A DNA stretch of 63,819 nucleotides, the filler included. It is 10 parts of 10 records of this genome, joined end to end, with 100 filler letters (N's around TTAATTAATTAA, not from the genome) between each part and the next. Parts side by side here need not be neighbours in the genome. Positions count along the whole stretch, not along the records: positions 48,758 to 56,817 come from SRR31147125_78234; positions 56,918 to 63,819 come from SRR31147125_78380; 8 more parts are not named here. One strand, 5' to 3'. The position numbers and the translations under genes were made by a program. Below, piece by piece: positions 54,443 to 63,819 of the stretch. The notes below the pieces were generated by a model, which saw nothing but the letters and a program-made list of their open reading frames with translations, had not been told where the DNA came from and made no database searches. Position 1 is the first letter of the stretch. Every line of letters begins with the position of its first letter.

Positions 54443-56035
54443 ATGAAAAAGCTTATGCTGGCCCTTATCATTCTGATGGCTGCCGGGTTTATCTTTGCCG
54501 GTGGAGAGAGTGAGTCCTCAAAGGAAGGTTTGACGATCAATAAAACAGGACTTCCTCTGGTGGCTGAGAAAGTCACTCTTGATGTGGTCACAGTTGCCCG
54601 AGTGCATCATGGTGATTTTGCGCAAATGGAGTTCCTGCTGGAGATGGAAGAGAAAACCAATGTCCATCTGGATATAGAGGCGGTTCCCCAAGCTGCATAC
54701 CAAGAGAAAAAGAATCTGAAACTTGCATCAGGAGACCTTCCCGATGTGTTTGCCGGACTGTTTGTAGTAACCCCATCTGATATTGTGCAGTATGGTTCCC
54801 AGGGAATTTTTATTCCCCTTGAAGACTTAATTGAAGAGTGGGCTCCGAATATGAGCCGACTGAAAAAAGAGCACCCGGACCTGTTCATGACCTCTACAGC
54901 ACCGGATAATCATATTTACGGACTTCCAAGAGTGGAGCAGAGAGGGGTGAATCCGGTAATGGGAAACTTTTTCATAAACCAGGTCTGGCTTGATAATCTG
55001 GGGTTGGAAGTGCCTGATACTTTTGAAGAATATTATGATGTCCTGACAGCTTTTAAGGAGCAGGATGCAAATGGTAACGGTGACCCGAATGATGAAATTC
55101 CCTATCAGTTTGCTCAGGTGGGAATGGGTGCGCCTGCAAACCGTTATCTGACTGGTTTCGGCAATTTGCTGGGTGCTTATGGACAGGCTACGGATACACT
55201 TCTGCTTATTGATGATGAATGTGTCTATGCTCCAGCGACCGAGAAATATAAAGAGGCAATGATATACCTGAAGAAGTTCTTTGATGCTGGTCTGTTTGAT
55301 CCTGAAGGATTTACCTACAATATTCCCACTCACTGGAGTAAGTTCCGCGGAGCCAATCCTCCGGTAATCGGATCATTTATTTCATGGAATGATCATGATG
55401 TAGTAGGAAACGCCCAGGATGAATACCTGACATTACCTCCACTCGAAGGGCCTGAAGGCGACCGCGCCTGGATGTATGGACCTCATCTGGAATGGGCTGC
55501 TCCCTTTGGAGTAATCACCTCCGCCAATGAATATCCAGAACTGACGGTCAGGTATTTTGATGAGTACTTCGAGATCAATACGAGTATCAAGCAGTTCTGG
55601 GGAGACGGAGTTGCTCCCAACGGCGATGGAACCTATTCCCTCACTCCGATTCCTGAAGGCATGACCTATGATGAATTCAAGTACAGGAATACCCCCAGTG
55701 ATTTTCCGGGAGCGGTTTTTGCAGATGATTTTGGCAATCTTGTTCCCAGGTCAGTTTCAGTTGCCGAAAAGTATAATGATATCAATACAATCTATATGAA
55801 TTATCCGCAGACAATTCTGTTTCCCACATCTATCCTGATGACCGATGAGCAGAATGAGATTATCACCACATATCTTACCGATATTGAGAATTATGCGTCT
55901 CAGAAGCAGGCTGAATGGATGCTTGGCAAGGGTGATATAGAGGCAGAATGGAATGACTACGTGAAACGGCTCAATGATATGGAACTTCAGAAAGTCCTGG
56001 GAGCATATACTGATGCATGGCAGAATCTGCAGTAA
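54443..56035 (+). CDS. extracellular solute-binding protein (LplA-like)
   Basis: AAGGAG RBS, spirochaete-style leader ...IFAGG, LASGDLPD, WLDNLGL, DANGNGDPNDEIP. Confidence 0.9.
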   Translation: MKKLMLALIILMAAGFIFAGGESESSKEGLTINKTGLPLVAEKVTLDVVTVARVHHGDFAQMEFLLEMEEKTNVHLDIEAVPQAAYQEKKNLKLASGDLPDVFAGLFVVTPSDIVQYGSQGIFIPLEDLIEEWAPNMSRLKKEHPDLFMTSTAPDNHIYGLPRVEQRGVNPVMGNFFINQVWLDNLGLEVPDTFEEYYDVLTAFKEQDANGNGDPNDEIPYQFAQVGMGAPANRYLTGFGNLLGAYGQATDTLLLIDDECVYAPATEKYKEAMIYLKKFFDAGLFDPEGFTYNIPTHWSKFRGANPPVIGSFISWNDHDVVGNAQDEYLTLPPLEGPEGDRAWMYGPHLEWAAPFGVITSANEYPELTVRYFDEYFEINTSIKQFWGDGVAPNGDGTYSLTPIPEGMTYDEFKYRNTPSDFPGAVFADDFGNLVPRSVSVAEKYNDINTIYMNYPQTILFPTSILMTDEQNEIITTYLTDIENYASQKQAEWMLGKGDIEAEWNDYVKRLNDMELQKVLGAYTDAWQNLQ

Positions 56036-56152
56036 CAGTTGAATGGAATGTATCGGCGGCCGGTGCTGATAGAAAAGTACCGGTCGTATTTTTTTATGAA
56101 ATGGAGAAGAGCGGTGTGAAGCTCTTATCACTAAGAATTATGAGGTAATGAA

Positions 56153-56817
56153 ATGAATGCAGTGAATCTGAAAGGGAATCCCTTTTACCTGAAAGATGAA
56201 GATATACGTTGGGTGAATGATACGCTTGCCTCAATGACCTTGAAAGAGAAAGTTGGCCAGCTGTTTTGTCCAATTGGGATGTCTCCAAAGTTTGAAGACT
56301 ATAAAATGATGTTGGAACAGATAGCCCCGGGTGGCATTATGTTCAGAGCCGGTCCTTCAAGGGATGTGCAGGCTATGCATAGATTTCTCCAGGAGAATTC
56401 CAGGATACCCATGCTGATTGCTGCAAATCTGGAGGCTGGAGGTAATGGAACAGCTGTGGATGGAACCTGCTTTGGACCATCTCTGCAGGTTGCTGCGACA
56501 GATGATATCGAAACTGCATACAAATTGCTGATCAGCGGCACAGAAGGCCGCGCTGTCGGCTGCAACTGGGCGTTTGCGCCGGTGATTGATATTGACTACA
56601 ATTTTTTTAATCCTATTACAAACACCCGCACCTTTGGATCTGATCCGGATTGTGTCCTGAAAATGGGAAAAGCCTACATGAAAGGGGCTCAGGATGCTGG
56701 ACTGGCTGTTTCGATAAAGCACTGGCCGGGTGATGGAGTCGATGGAAGAGACCAGCATCTTGTGACCAGCATAAACTCATTATCAGTAGAGGATTGGGAT
56801 AGAACTTACGGAAAAAT
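56153..56817 (+). CDS. GH3 glycosidase (NagZ-like N-terminal domain), 3' partial
   Basis: MTLKEKVGQL, IAANLEAGG, FAPVIDI, NTRTFG, KHWPGDG. Confidence 0.9.
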
Positions 56818-56917
56818 NNNNNNNNNNNNNNNNNNNNNNNNNNNNNNNNNNNNNNNNNNNNTTAATTAATTAANNNNNNNNNNNNNNNNNNNNNNNNNNN
56901 NNNNNNNNNNNNNNNNN

Positions 56918-58752
56918 AAAAAAGAATCCAATATGGATGATCCATCAGTAGATAAGGGCAGCGCATCTTCAGAAGAAAAAAAGATCGTGGATGAAGAGAG
57001 TGAAAAGACCGATCGAACCTCGGATAAAGAGGACTCCGACACCCTGCCCAATGAACGATTAAAGCTGATTGTGTCTGATGATCAGTGCAACGCCGTCATT
57101 CGAATTTCCTCTAAGGCTTCTGATCCGTCAACCTCAGCCACGGTGACCCTTGAAGAGGTGAAAAAAGTCTTGGACGATGCCGGTATTATTTACGGTGTCC
57201 GTGAAGATGGGGTTATCGATCATTTTTTGACCCTTGCGGAAAACAACGCCCATTCCCCGGTTCATGAGCTGGTCGTAGCTGAAGGCGTTCCTGCGCAACA
57301 CGGGAAAAATGCGGAATTAAATTGCAACTTTGATACCGATTACCTGAAAGCAGGGTCAAAAAAAGAAAACGGCAGCATCGATTTTATGGATAGAGGGGAG
57401 CGGCCGTTTGTTTCCAAAGGAGATCTTCTTGTCAACAAGATTCCCATGGCACCGGCTTCTCCGGGGGTCGATGTTTTTGGATATCCCATAGAAGTGGAGC
57501 CCGTTTGGGATATTCCGCTCCGGTGCGGAAAAGGTGCTGAATTTTCAGAAGATAAATTGACGGCCACGGCAACCCGGGATGGTGAACCGCGCCTCTCCTT
57601 CGATGGAATGGTCTCCGTACTCAGTGAGCAGCGGATTTCGGGTAATATCGGCTTGAAAACAGGCCATGTCTATTTCGATGGAAATGTCGTGGTCGGCAAT
57701 GCCGTCCAAAGTGGTGCCAAAGTCAAGTGCGCCAACTTAAGCGCTGCGGTCATCGAAGATGCAGAGATTGAAGCCGGCGGAGATGTTCGGGTAGCCGGAG
57801 GCATCACCGGAGCGGTGATTCGGACGGAGGGACGTGTGTTTGCAAAATATATCAGCAAGTCGAAAATCGATGCATTCGGGGATGTAACCGCCGAAAAGGA
57901 GATCATTGATTCCAACATTCAGACGAATGGTGCGTGCCGCGTCATTTCAGGGAGTATTATCACTTCAAAAGTGACGGCGAAACAGGGGATCGAGACCGTG
58001 AATATCGGTACGGAAACCTCATCTCCCTGCCTTCTGAATGTGGGGGGCGACGACCATCTTGAAAGTGAGATTGCCATGATCAAAGAGGACATCGCTGTCC
58101 TGAAAGAGGAGATGAAGGCCGCGACCCTATTAAAAAATCAACTGGATAGGGAAAATCAGGAACTGGATCAAAAAGTTGTCTCACTGGCCCATGTACAGGA
58201 TCGCGGACAGCTGGACATCAAAGCGTTGGATCAAAAGCTCACGGCGCTCATCCCCCCCATTACCGATGGCGCAGATCCCACGCCGTCAAAAAAATGGATC
58301 ATTCGTCTCTCACTGTTGAGGAACTCTCCGCACGTATTGCGGATGGCGTAGCCAAGGATTTGAAGCAGGAAGCCATGGAAATTCTGGAACAGATCCAGGC
58401 GCTACGTGACACAGTGAAAACAGCAAAGTCGGATCTTGACAGCTGTTTTGAAAGACAGGATCGAATTCAGGAAGCGATTGAAACGGCAGATGAAAAATTT
58501 GAATCGGCTGAAAATAAAAAAACAATCCTTGATTATAAGAAAGAGATCCTGACAAAGAGGTTTAAAGGACAAAAAGGTCAATGCCGGGTGGTCGCCCGGA
58601 AAAACATTTATCCGGGTAGCGTAGTGAACGGCAACAACAGCCGATTGGTTGTCGATTCAATACTGAAAAATGTGACGCTGAAAGAGATCAAAAGGCGCCG
58701 ATCGGAAAATGAGCCGGAAAGGTGGGAAATGGCTGTCCGGCAGAATCGTTAA
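56918..58752 (+). CDS. FapA/DUF342 family protein, probably 5' partial, frameshift near 58290
   Basis: VAEG.P...G.NA, GSIDF..RG, GVDVFG, TGHVYFDGNVVV beta-helix repeats, coiled coil and IYPG in ORF 58294-58752. Confidence 0.85.
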
Positions 58753-59753
58753 ACAAGGGTCTGTGCGGCGGTCCTCAACAGATCGATAAAATCAAAAAGT
58801 CTTACAAAATACTGCTCTCTGATCTTCAGTGATCCCTCCTTTTCTCCCAAAAGGATTTCTTCCAAACAATCCACCAACTCATTGAGTCTTTTCTCATGGA
58901 TGCCCAACTTCGCCTGTATCGGGTCGGTGATCATTCCGGAAAATGCCGAGACCACGGCCAGACTCCCCATCACCGCACTGGTGGATGCCACCAGCAATCC
59001 CAATGATGCCGTTGCCGGAAACAGCCCGTAATAGAGTCCACCCAGCGTAGGCCCCAAAATGAAGCTTGAAATGGCGCTTTCCTGTGCGATCGCAGTTGCC
59101 AACGCTGCCCCGAAACTGATGCCGCCGGGGGTCACTTTTCCCAATATACCGGCACCCGTTGCCAGTGAAATGATATTTCCGGCCATTTCAGATACGGCAA
59201 TCCGACTGACGGAATACTCGGTAAGCCTTTTTTCAAGGGTCTCTCTAAATCCCTTTTGTTGAGATTTTGCCTCAATGGAGATGAGTTGATCCTGAAAGAG
59301 AGTGCGAATCTCCGGTTGGTCTAATATGGAGGCAAGTAAAGCATCCGTGACCGGGCTGCGGGTCTGTTTTGACTCATGATTTTCCGAAGGGGAATCTTTC
59401 GAGATGTGGGGAAGTTCCAATAGCTGAGTGGTGATCAGACGGTTGATTTCCTTTTGAACGGCCGTTTTGAATCCAGGCGGCACCTGTTGCACCATTTCCG
59501 GAAACTTCTTAAGCCCCACGGTTTTGCAAATGAGGGAAGTGATCTGAAGTGTCGTATACGGCACAGCCCATACAACATTCAACGGCGCTTTTATCAGATC
59601 CGTCCCCAACGCCTTCCGATTGATTTTTGTTGTACCGGAAATTGAAAAATGCGTCTGAACAAACTCCGGAATCTTATTCCGCCGGTCATTGAGATAAATT
59701 CGGATTCCCCGATCAATGGCTTTTTTAACGGCTGTTTTGTCAATTGGAGTCAT
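58749..59753 (-). CDS. conserved hypothetical membrane protein (DUF6635-like)
   Basis: ALGTDLIKAPLNV, LTEYSVSR, TPGGISFG, FSGMITDPIQAKLGIHEKRL; probable start MTPIDK at 59753. Confidence 0.6.
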   Translation of the reverse strand: MTPIDKTAVKKAIDRGIRIYLNDRRNKIPEFVQTHFSISGTTKINRKALGTDLIKAPLNVVWAVPYTTLQITSLICKTVGLKKFPEMVQQVPPGFKTAVQKEINRLITTQLLELPHISKDSPSENHESKQTRSPVTDALLASILDQPEIRTLFQDQLISIEAKSQQKGFRETLEKRLTEYSVSRIAVSEMAGNIISLATGAGILGKVTPGGISFGAALATAIAQESAISSFILGPTLGGLYYGLFPATASLGLLVASTSAVMGSLAVVSAFSGMITDPIQAKLGIHEKRLNELVDCLEEILLGEKEGSLKIREQYFVRLFDFIDLLRTAAQTLV

Positions 59754-60336
59754 GATATCGGTTTCTTTGAGACAGCTCCCAGCAGGTTTTAACAGACAGG
59801 GTATACCCGGCTGACACACCTCGACGGGTTACCCAACGACTGAGATGCGCCTTCGAACTGAAGGCGCGGATGATCACCCAAGTAACCCCGATTTCATTTC
59901 TAAAGTGATGGGGTGGAACGGGAAAGTGAAACAGCCAATCGGATTTAGGCTCTTTTTTGTGCAAGACCCAAAGATCGAGGAATTCATTACATTCTCCACA
60001 CCCGCACGGGGTGAGAACCTTGGCATCACGTTTCAAAAACGATGAGATGCCCAGCATGTTCCATGCGCAATTGGCATAGAATTTTTGGGTTCCAATGAGG
60101 GTTAAATAGTTGGTTGGAAGACCGGAAAACGGATGGGCCATCCAGATGGTATGGGTTCCGGGAGCAAGAACAATGGAATGAGATTCTGCCAGCCTTTCAA
60201 GGGCCTCTTCAACCGATGCAATGGAGACAAAAAAATGATGGGCAATTTGTTTTGTTGTGGGCGGCAAGGTCGTTTCAGCAAATGTCTTGAAAATATAACG
60301 GCGGACAATTTTATCAAATCGATGGTGTACACTCAT
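59740..60336 (-). CDS. MerB-like (alkylmercury lyase fold) protein with altered catalytic residues
   Basis: N-terminal HTH, IWMAHPFS, YANCAWN (normally CAxD), CGCGEC, HFPVP...IGVTW (normally T-C/U) followed by I.AFSS..H..RW. Confidence 0.75.
   Translation of the reverse strand: MSVHHRFDKIVRRYIFKTFAETTLPPTTKQIAHHFFVSIASVEEALERLAESHSIVLAPGTHTIWMAHPFSGLPTNYLTLIGTQKFYANCAWNMLGISSFLKRDAKVLTPCGCGECNEFLDLWVLHKKEPKSDWLFHFPVPPHHFRNEIGVTWVIIRAFSSKAHLSRWVTRRGVSAGYTLSVKTCWELSQRNRYHDSN
59847..59880 (-). promoter_or_regulatory. SECIS-like hairpin 10 nt downstream of TGG codon 153
   Basis: mRNA UGG-GUGAUCAUCC-GCGCCUUC-AGUUC-GAAGGCGC: perfect 8-bp stem with GU in the apical loop. Confidence 0.5.
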
Positions 60337-61043
60337 GACCCCTCTCTTTGATCCGTGTCATCCGGATCCTTTAACATCGTCAAGGCTTGATTTTGTGATG
60401 CTTGCTCGATATCAATGATTTTGCTTTTCAAATAGGGTTTGGATTGATAATGGGTAATTGTCATGATTTTTCGTGTTAAATCTTTGATACGATCCGTGGC
60501 GATCAGGATTTGTTCGATACTGGTATAGTAGCGATCATTTTTCTTAAGGGTCTCCATCAACATTTCTGAAAATCCCAAGACAACCTGCAACGGCTGGTTC
60601 AATTCATGACAGACGGCACCCGCCATTTCAAGGACCCCTTCAAGTTTTTCACGCTCACGCATCTGGTTTTGAAGCTTGATGATCCGTTTTCCCACATTGA
60701 TTCTGGCTTCCAACTCCGCGTTGTTATAGGGCTTCAATATATAATCGTCGGCACCGGATTTCAATCCTTTGACAATGTCATCGGGATCTGTTTTTGAAGT
60801 GAGTAGAATTAAATAGAGGGGCAGTTTACGCTCCTGTTCGCGCAGCTCTCGGCATAGATCGATGCCGTCCTTTCCCGGCATCATCCAGTCAAACAAAGCA
60901 AGCTGAGGGGAATTTTCTTCCTGCAATAGATCAAATGCTTCATTTCCGTCTTTTGTGGCAATCACATCATACCCCCACTTTGTCAGGACGGTTTGAAGAA
61001 TGGTTCGTAATGTCAGATCATCTTCAGCGATTAAAATTTCCAT
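60333..61043 (-). CDS. response regulator receiver fused to a HisKA-like helix (no ATPase domain)
   Basis: IAEDD, DWMMP, GADDYILKP, then LEMAGAVCHELNQPLQ. Confidence 0.9.
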   Translation of the reverse strand: MEILIAEDDLTLRTILQTVLTKWGYDVIATKDGNEAFDLLQEENSPQLALFDWMMPGKDGIDLCRELREQERKLPLYLILLTSKTDPDDIVKGLKSGADDYILKPYNNAELEARINVGKRIIKLQNQMREREKLEGVLEMAGAVCHELNQPLQVVLGFSEMLMETLKKNDRYYTSIEQILIATDRIKDLTRKIMTITHYQSKPYLKSKIIDIEQASQNQALTMLKDPDDTDQREGS

Positions 61044-61121
61044 CGATTCGCTCCTGTTCAGCCCCGGTGGTTATCTGCTTGAAAAAGCGATTGCATGGCC
61101 GGGCTTTTACCCCAATAAAAA

Positions 61122-63819
61122 TCATTTTCCATGGTGGACCACTCGGGCCTCAACGCCCTGTTTCAACAGGAAAAAGACGGATTCCAACAGTAACAGTAAC
61201 TCATTTATCCGGTCCGTATCATTTTCATTTGCTGCATGTTCAATGGCATGGGCAATTTTTTGAAGCCGAATACTTCCGATGCCGGCGGCTGCACCTTTAA
61301 TTTTATGTCCGTGGGCCCCGACATTTTGAATGTCATTTTGTTGAATCGATGTCCTGAGCTCATCCATTTGTTTGGGCATATCTTCCAAAAATCCCATCAG
61401 CACGGCTTTTGCAGACGCTTCATCTCCCAACACCCGATCGACGAGGATAGTCACGTCAAATAATTCAAAGTGGTCGAATTCACGCTTATTCGAAACGATT
61501 CGATCATCGACGGCACGTTCCGAAAAGGTTAAATCATTTCTATCTATTTCGTCTGTCTGCTCTTTGGTTTCCACTTGATCCCGATTTTCCGCCTGATCTT
61601 GATTGTCGTCCCGGTCTTTTTCCCGAATACCTTGCATCGCTTCCAAATCCTCGAAATCTTTAGTCGGCAGTGGGTTTGATTGACTCATCTGTATCATCGA
61701 CCGATTGAAAATCCACTGCTTCAATTTTTCTTCAATAATCCGGTGGGTCACCGGCTTTGTAATGTAATCATCCATTCCAGCTTTCAAGCACGCTTCCCGC
61801 ACGCCGGGCATGGCATCGGCAGTCATGGCAATCACCGGCACTTTGGAATTCAAAATCGGGTCACGCTCTCCGTTTGGGTCTCGATTTCGATTTTGAATTT
61901 GATGCCGATCATGCCCTTTTTTTCCAATTTGACGAATTTTGCGAGTGGTCTCATAACCATCCATCTCAGGCATCCGACAATCCATAAAAACCAGATCGTA
62001 TTGCACTGACGACAAGACGTTCAGCGCCTCTTTACCGTTGGATGCAGTGTCCGACCGATACCCCAATTTCCGTAAAATGGCGTTCGCAAGCATTTGATTG
62101 GTTCGATTGTCGTCGACAATCAGGATACGGACCCCTCGTTTTTCTGCTTCGGAGAGGGTAAATCGAGTGATGATTTCCGTCTCCGACCGTTGAGAATCAT
62201 CGTCTGCATACGTTGCTTTTCCCAAGGCAAGGGCCAAGCTGTCATGGAGGTGTTTTCGTCGGATGGGCTTAGTGAGATATGCAGCAAATCCGGCGTTTTT
62301 GAATCGTTTGGCATCCCCTTTTTTCCCCAGGGACGTCATGAGGATCATCACTATTTCACTGATTTCAGGCGTACGTTTTATTAATTTTCCCAGGGTTTCG
62401 CCATCCATCTCCGGCATTTGCATATCCAAAACCGCTGCATGAAAGGGAGCGTTGTCATGGGCGGCCTTAGTCAAAGTAGAAAGGGCGGCGGAGCCGTCTT
62501 TTGCCGACACACAGCGGCATCCCCAGCCTTCCAACAGAGTCGTGATCAGCATCCGGTTGGTTTCATTATCATCAACCACCAGGATTTTCATGTTTTCAAG
62601 CGCGGCAACATTGTTCTCATCATGGACATCGTCCTTTTCCAATTGCTTTTCAAACCGCGCGGTAAACCAGAATGTGGCGCCTTCACCGTTTGTACTTTCC
62701 ATTCCGATGGTGCCGCCCAGAAGTTCCGCCAATTGCTTTGAAATGGTGAGGCCCAATCCGGTTCCACCGTATTCCCGGGTGATGGAACCGTCCAATTGAG
62801 TAAAGGGAGAAAAGAGCATGGCTATCTTGTTTTCCGGGATCCCAATACCTGTATCGGTGACGGTAAACCGAATTTCAATATCTGTTTCTCCTTCACCTTC
62901 TCTTTCTGCTTTTAAGACAACCTGCCCCTCATGGGTAAATTTAACGGCATTGCCGACGAGATTGACGATGATCTGTCGTAATCGTCCGGGGTCGCCTCGC
63001 AGCAAAGACGGAACATCCGGATCGACAAAGAATATCAGTTCCAGCATTTTCTCCTGGGCTTTCAGCGCCATCACCTCGGAAATGTTTTCCAATGTGGTTC
63101 GAAGATCGAAATTCAGGGTTTCCGGTTCGAGTTCCCCTGCTTCAATTTTGGAAAAATCGAGAATATCGTTGATCAATGTCAGCAAAGACTCTCCACTGGA
63201 TTGAACGATTTTTACAAATTTTTCCTGTTCCTCCGTTAGCTTGCTATCCATCAAAAGGCTTGTCACCCCGATGATACCGTTCATCGGGGTTCGAATTTCG
63301 TGACTCATGTTGGCTAGAAATTCGCTTTTGGCCATATTGGCGAGTTCCGCATTCACCGTCATGGTTTTGGCATGTTCAATGGCCTGTTCCAGCTCCATAT
63401 TGACCGTTTTCAGCTCAATTTCCTGTTCTTTCAATACCTTCTCGTCTCGCCTCAATTGGGCATTCTGTTTATCTCGTTGCTCCAAAAGATGAGCCATTTC
63501 AAGTTCCATCTCCTTATGGAGGCTGATATCAACAAAGCTTTCCAGCAAACAGGGACGATTGTCAATGGTGACGGGAATGACGGTTTTCAAAACATACGTG
63601 GGGGTTCCGTCAGCTTTTAAAAGGATTCGTTCGGCATTATCCACGGATTGATGATGTACGGTGATTGGACAGGCACCCCTTTCAGCCGGACAGATAAACT
63701 CATGGCAAATATTTCCGATAATTTTATCTCTTGTGCTTCCGATCATTTTACAGGCAGCCGGATTGGATTCGAGAATCTTATGGGTATCCGAGTCAATGAT
63801 AATAACCCCGCTTTGAAGG
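61122..63819 (-). CDS. hybrid sensor histidine kinase (PAS-HisKA-HATPase-REC-REC-Hpt), 5' partial
   Basis: [38 protein letters not shown], two receivers (DMQMP, DCRMP) and Hpt HKIKGAA. Confidence 0.96.
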   Translation of the reverse strand, partial: LQSGVIIIDSDTHKILESNPAACKMIGSTRDKIIGNICHEFICPAERGACPITVHHQSVDNAERILLKADGTPTYVLKTVIPVTIDNRPCLLESFVDISLHKEMELEMAHLLEQRDKQNAQLRRDEKVLKEQEIELKTVNMELEQAIEHAKTMTVNAELANMAKSEFLANMSHEIRTPMNGIIGVTSLLMDSKLTEEQEKFVKIVQSSGESLLTLINDILDFSKIEAGELEPETLNFDLRTTLENISEVMALKAQEKMLELIFFVDPDVPSLLRGDPGRLRQIIVNLVGNAVKFTHEGQVVLKAEREGEGETDIEIRFTVTDTGIGIPENKIAMLFSPFTQLDGSITREYGGTGLGLTISKQLAELLGGTIGMESTNGEGATFWFTARFEKQLEKDDVHDENNVAALENMKILVVDDNETNRMLITTLLEGWGCRCVSAKDGSAALSTLTKAAHDNAPFHAAVLDMQMPEMDGETLGKLIKRTPEISEIVMILMTSLGKKGDAKRFKNAGFAAYLTKPIRRKHLHDSLALALGKATYADDDSQRSETEIITRFTLSEAEKRGVRILIVDDNRTNQMLANAILRKLGYRSDTASNGKEALNVLSSVQYDLVFMDCRMPEMDGYETTRKIRQIGKKGHDRHQIQNRNRDPNGERDPILNSKVPVIAMTADAMPGVREACLKAGMDDYITKPVTHRIIEEKLKQWIFNRSMIQMSQSNPLPTKDFEDLEAMQGIREKDRDDNQDQAENRDQVETKEQTDEIDRNDLTFSERAVDDRIVSNKREFDHFELFDVTILVDRVLGDEASAKAVLMGFLEDMPKQMDELRTSIQQNDIQNVGAHGHKIKGAAAGIGSIRLQKIAHAIEHAANENDTDRINELLLLLESVFFLLKQGVEARVVHHGK

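Noticed and set aside
1-63819. CRISPR array, rRNA or intact tRNA genes
   Set aside because: I saw no regularly spaced repeats or full-length structural RNA genes; only tRNA 3' fragments at 5146-5190 and 5319-5339.

Overview
This window is not one locus. It is ten unrelated assembly pieces joined by nine 100-nt artificial spacers (N-run + TTAATTAATTAA + N-run), and many genes carry single-base frameshifts in homopolymer runs, which looks like sequencing error. The pieces are: (1) 1-7773, a defence island (TIR-like gene, HEPN fragment, three-gene Lamassu/ABC-3C system with an Mrr-like nuclease) with attC-like and tRNA-fragment att scars, then a nucleotidyltransferase and a Tat/RiPP-leader-like protein; (2) Bacteroidota GH20, sulfatase and GH92; (3) AraC regulator, TonB-dependent receptor and two YbtPQ/IrtAB-like ABC half-transporters; (4) gspN end, a candidate small RNA, a DUF2318/MacB-type ABC operon, DDAH and rocD; (5) alpha-2-macroglobulin; (6) Bacteroidota amino-sugar kinase, amidase/FN3 protein and GT2; (7) a sugar ABC operon with an orphan DppB; (8) ndh and rnfABCDGE; (9) a spirochaete-like GH3/AraC/sugar ABC locus; (10) FapA, a MerB-like gene and a hybrid two-component system. 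The most unusual signals are a SECIS-like hairpin behind a TGG codon at the inferred catalytic Cys/Sec position of the MerB-like gene, an apparent ~70-nt sRNA with an anti-Shine-Dalgarno loop, a lasso-type leader on a 272-aa exported protein beside a nucleotidyltransferase, and integron-derived defence cassettes. Family assignments come from motif recognition only; no database search was run.
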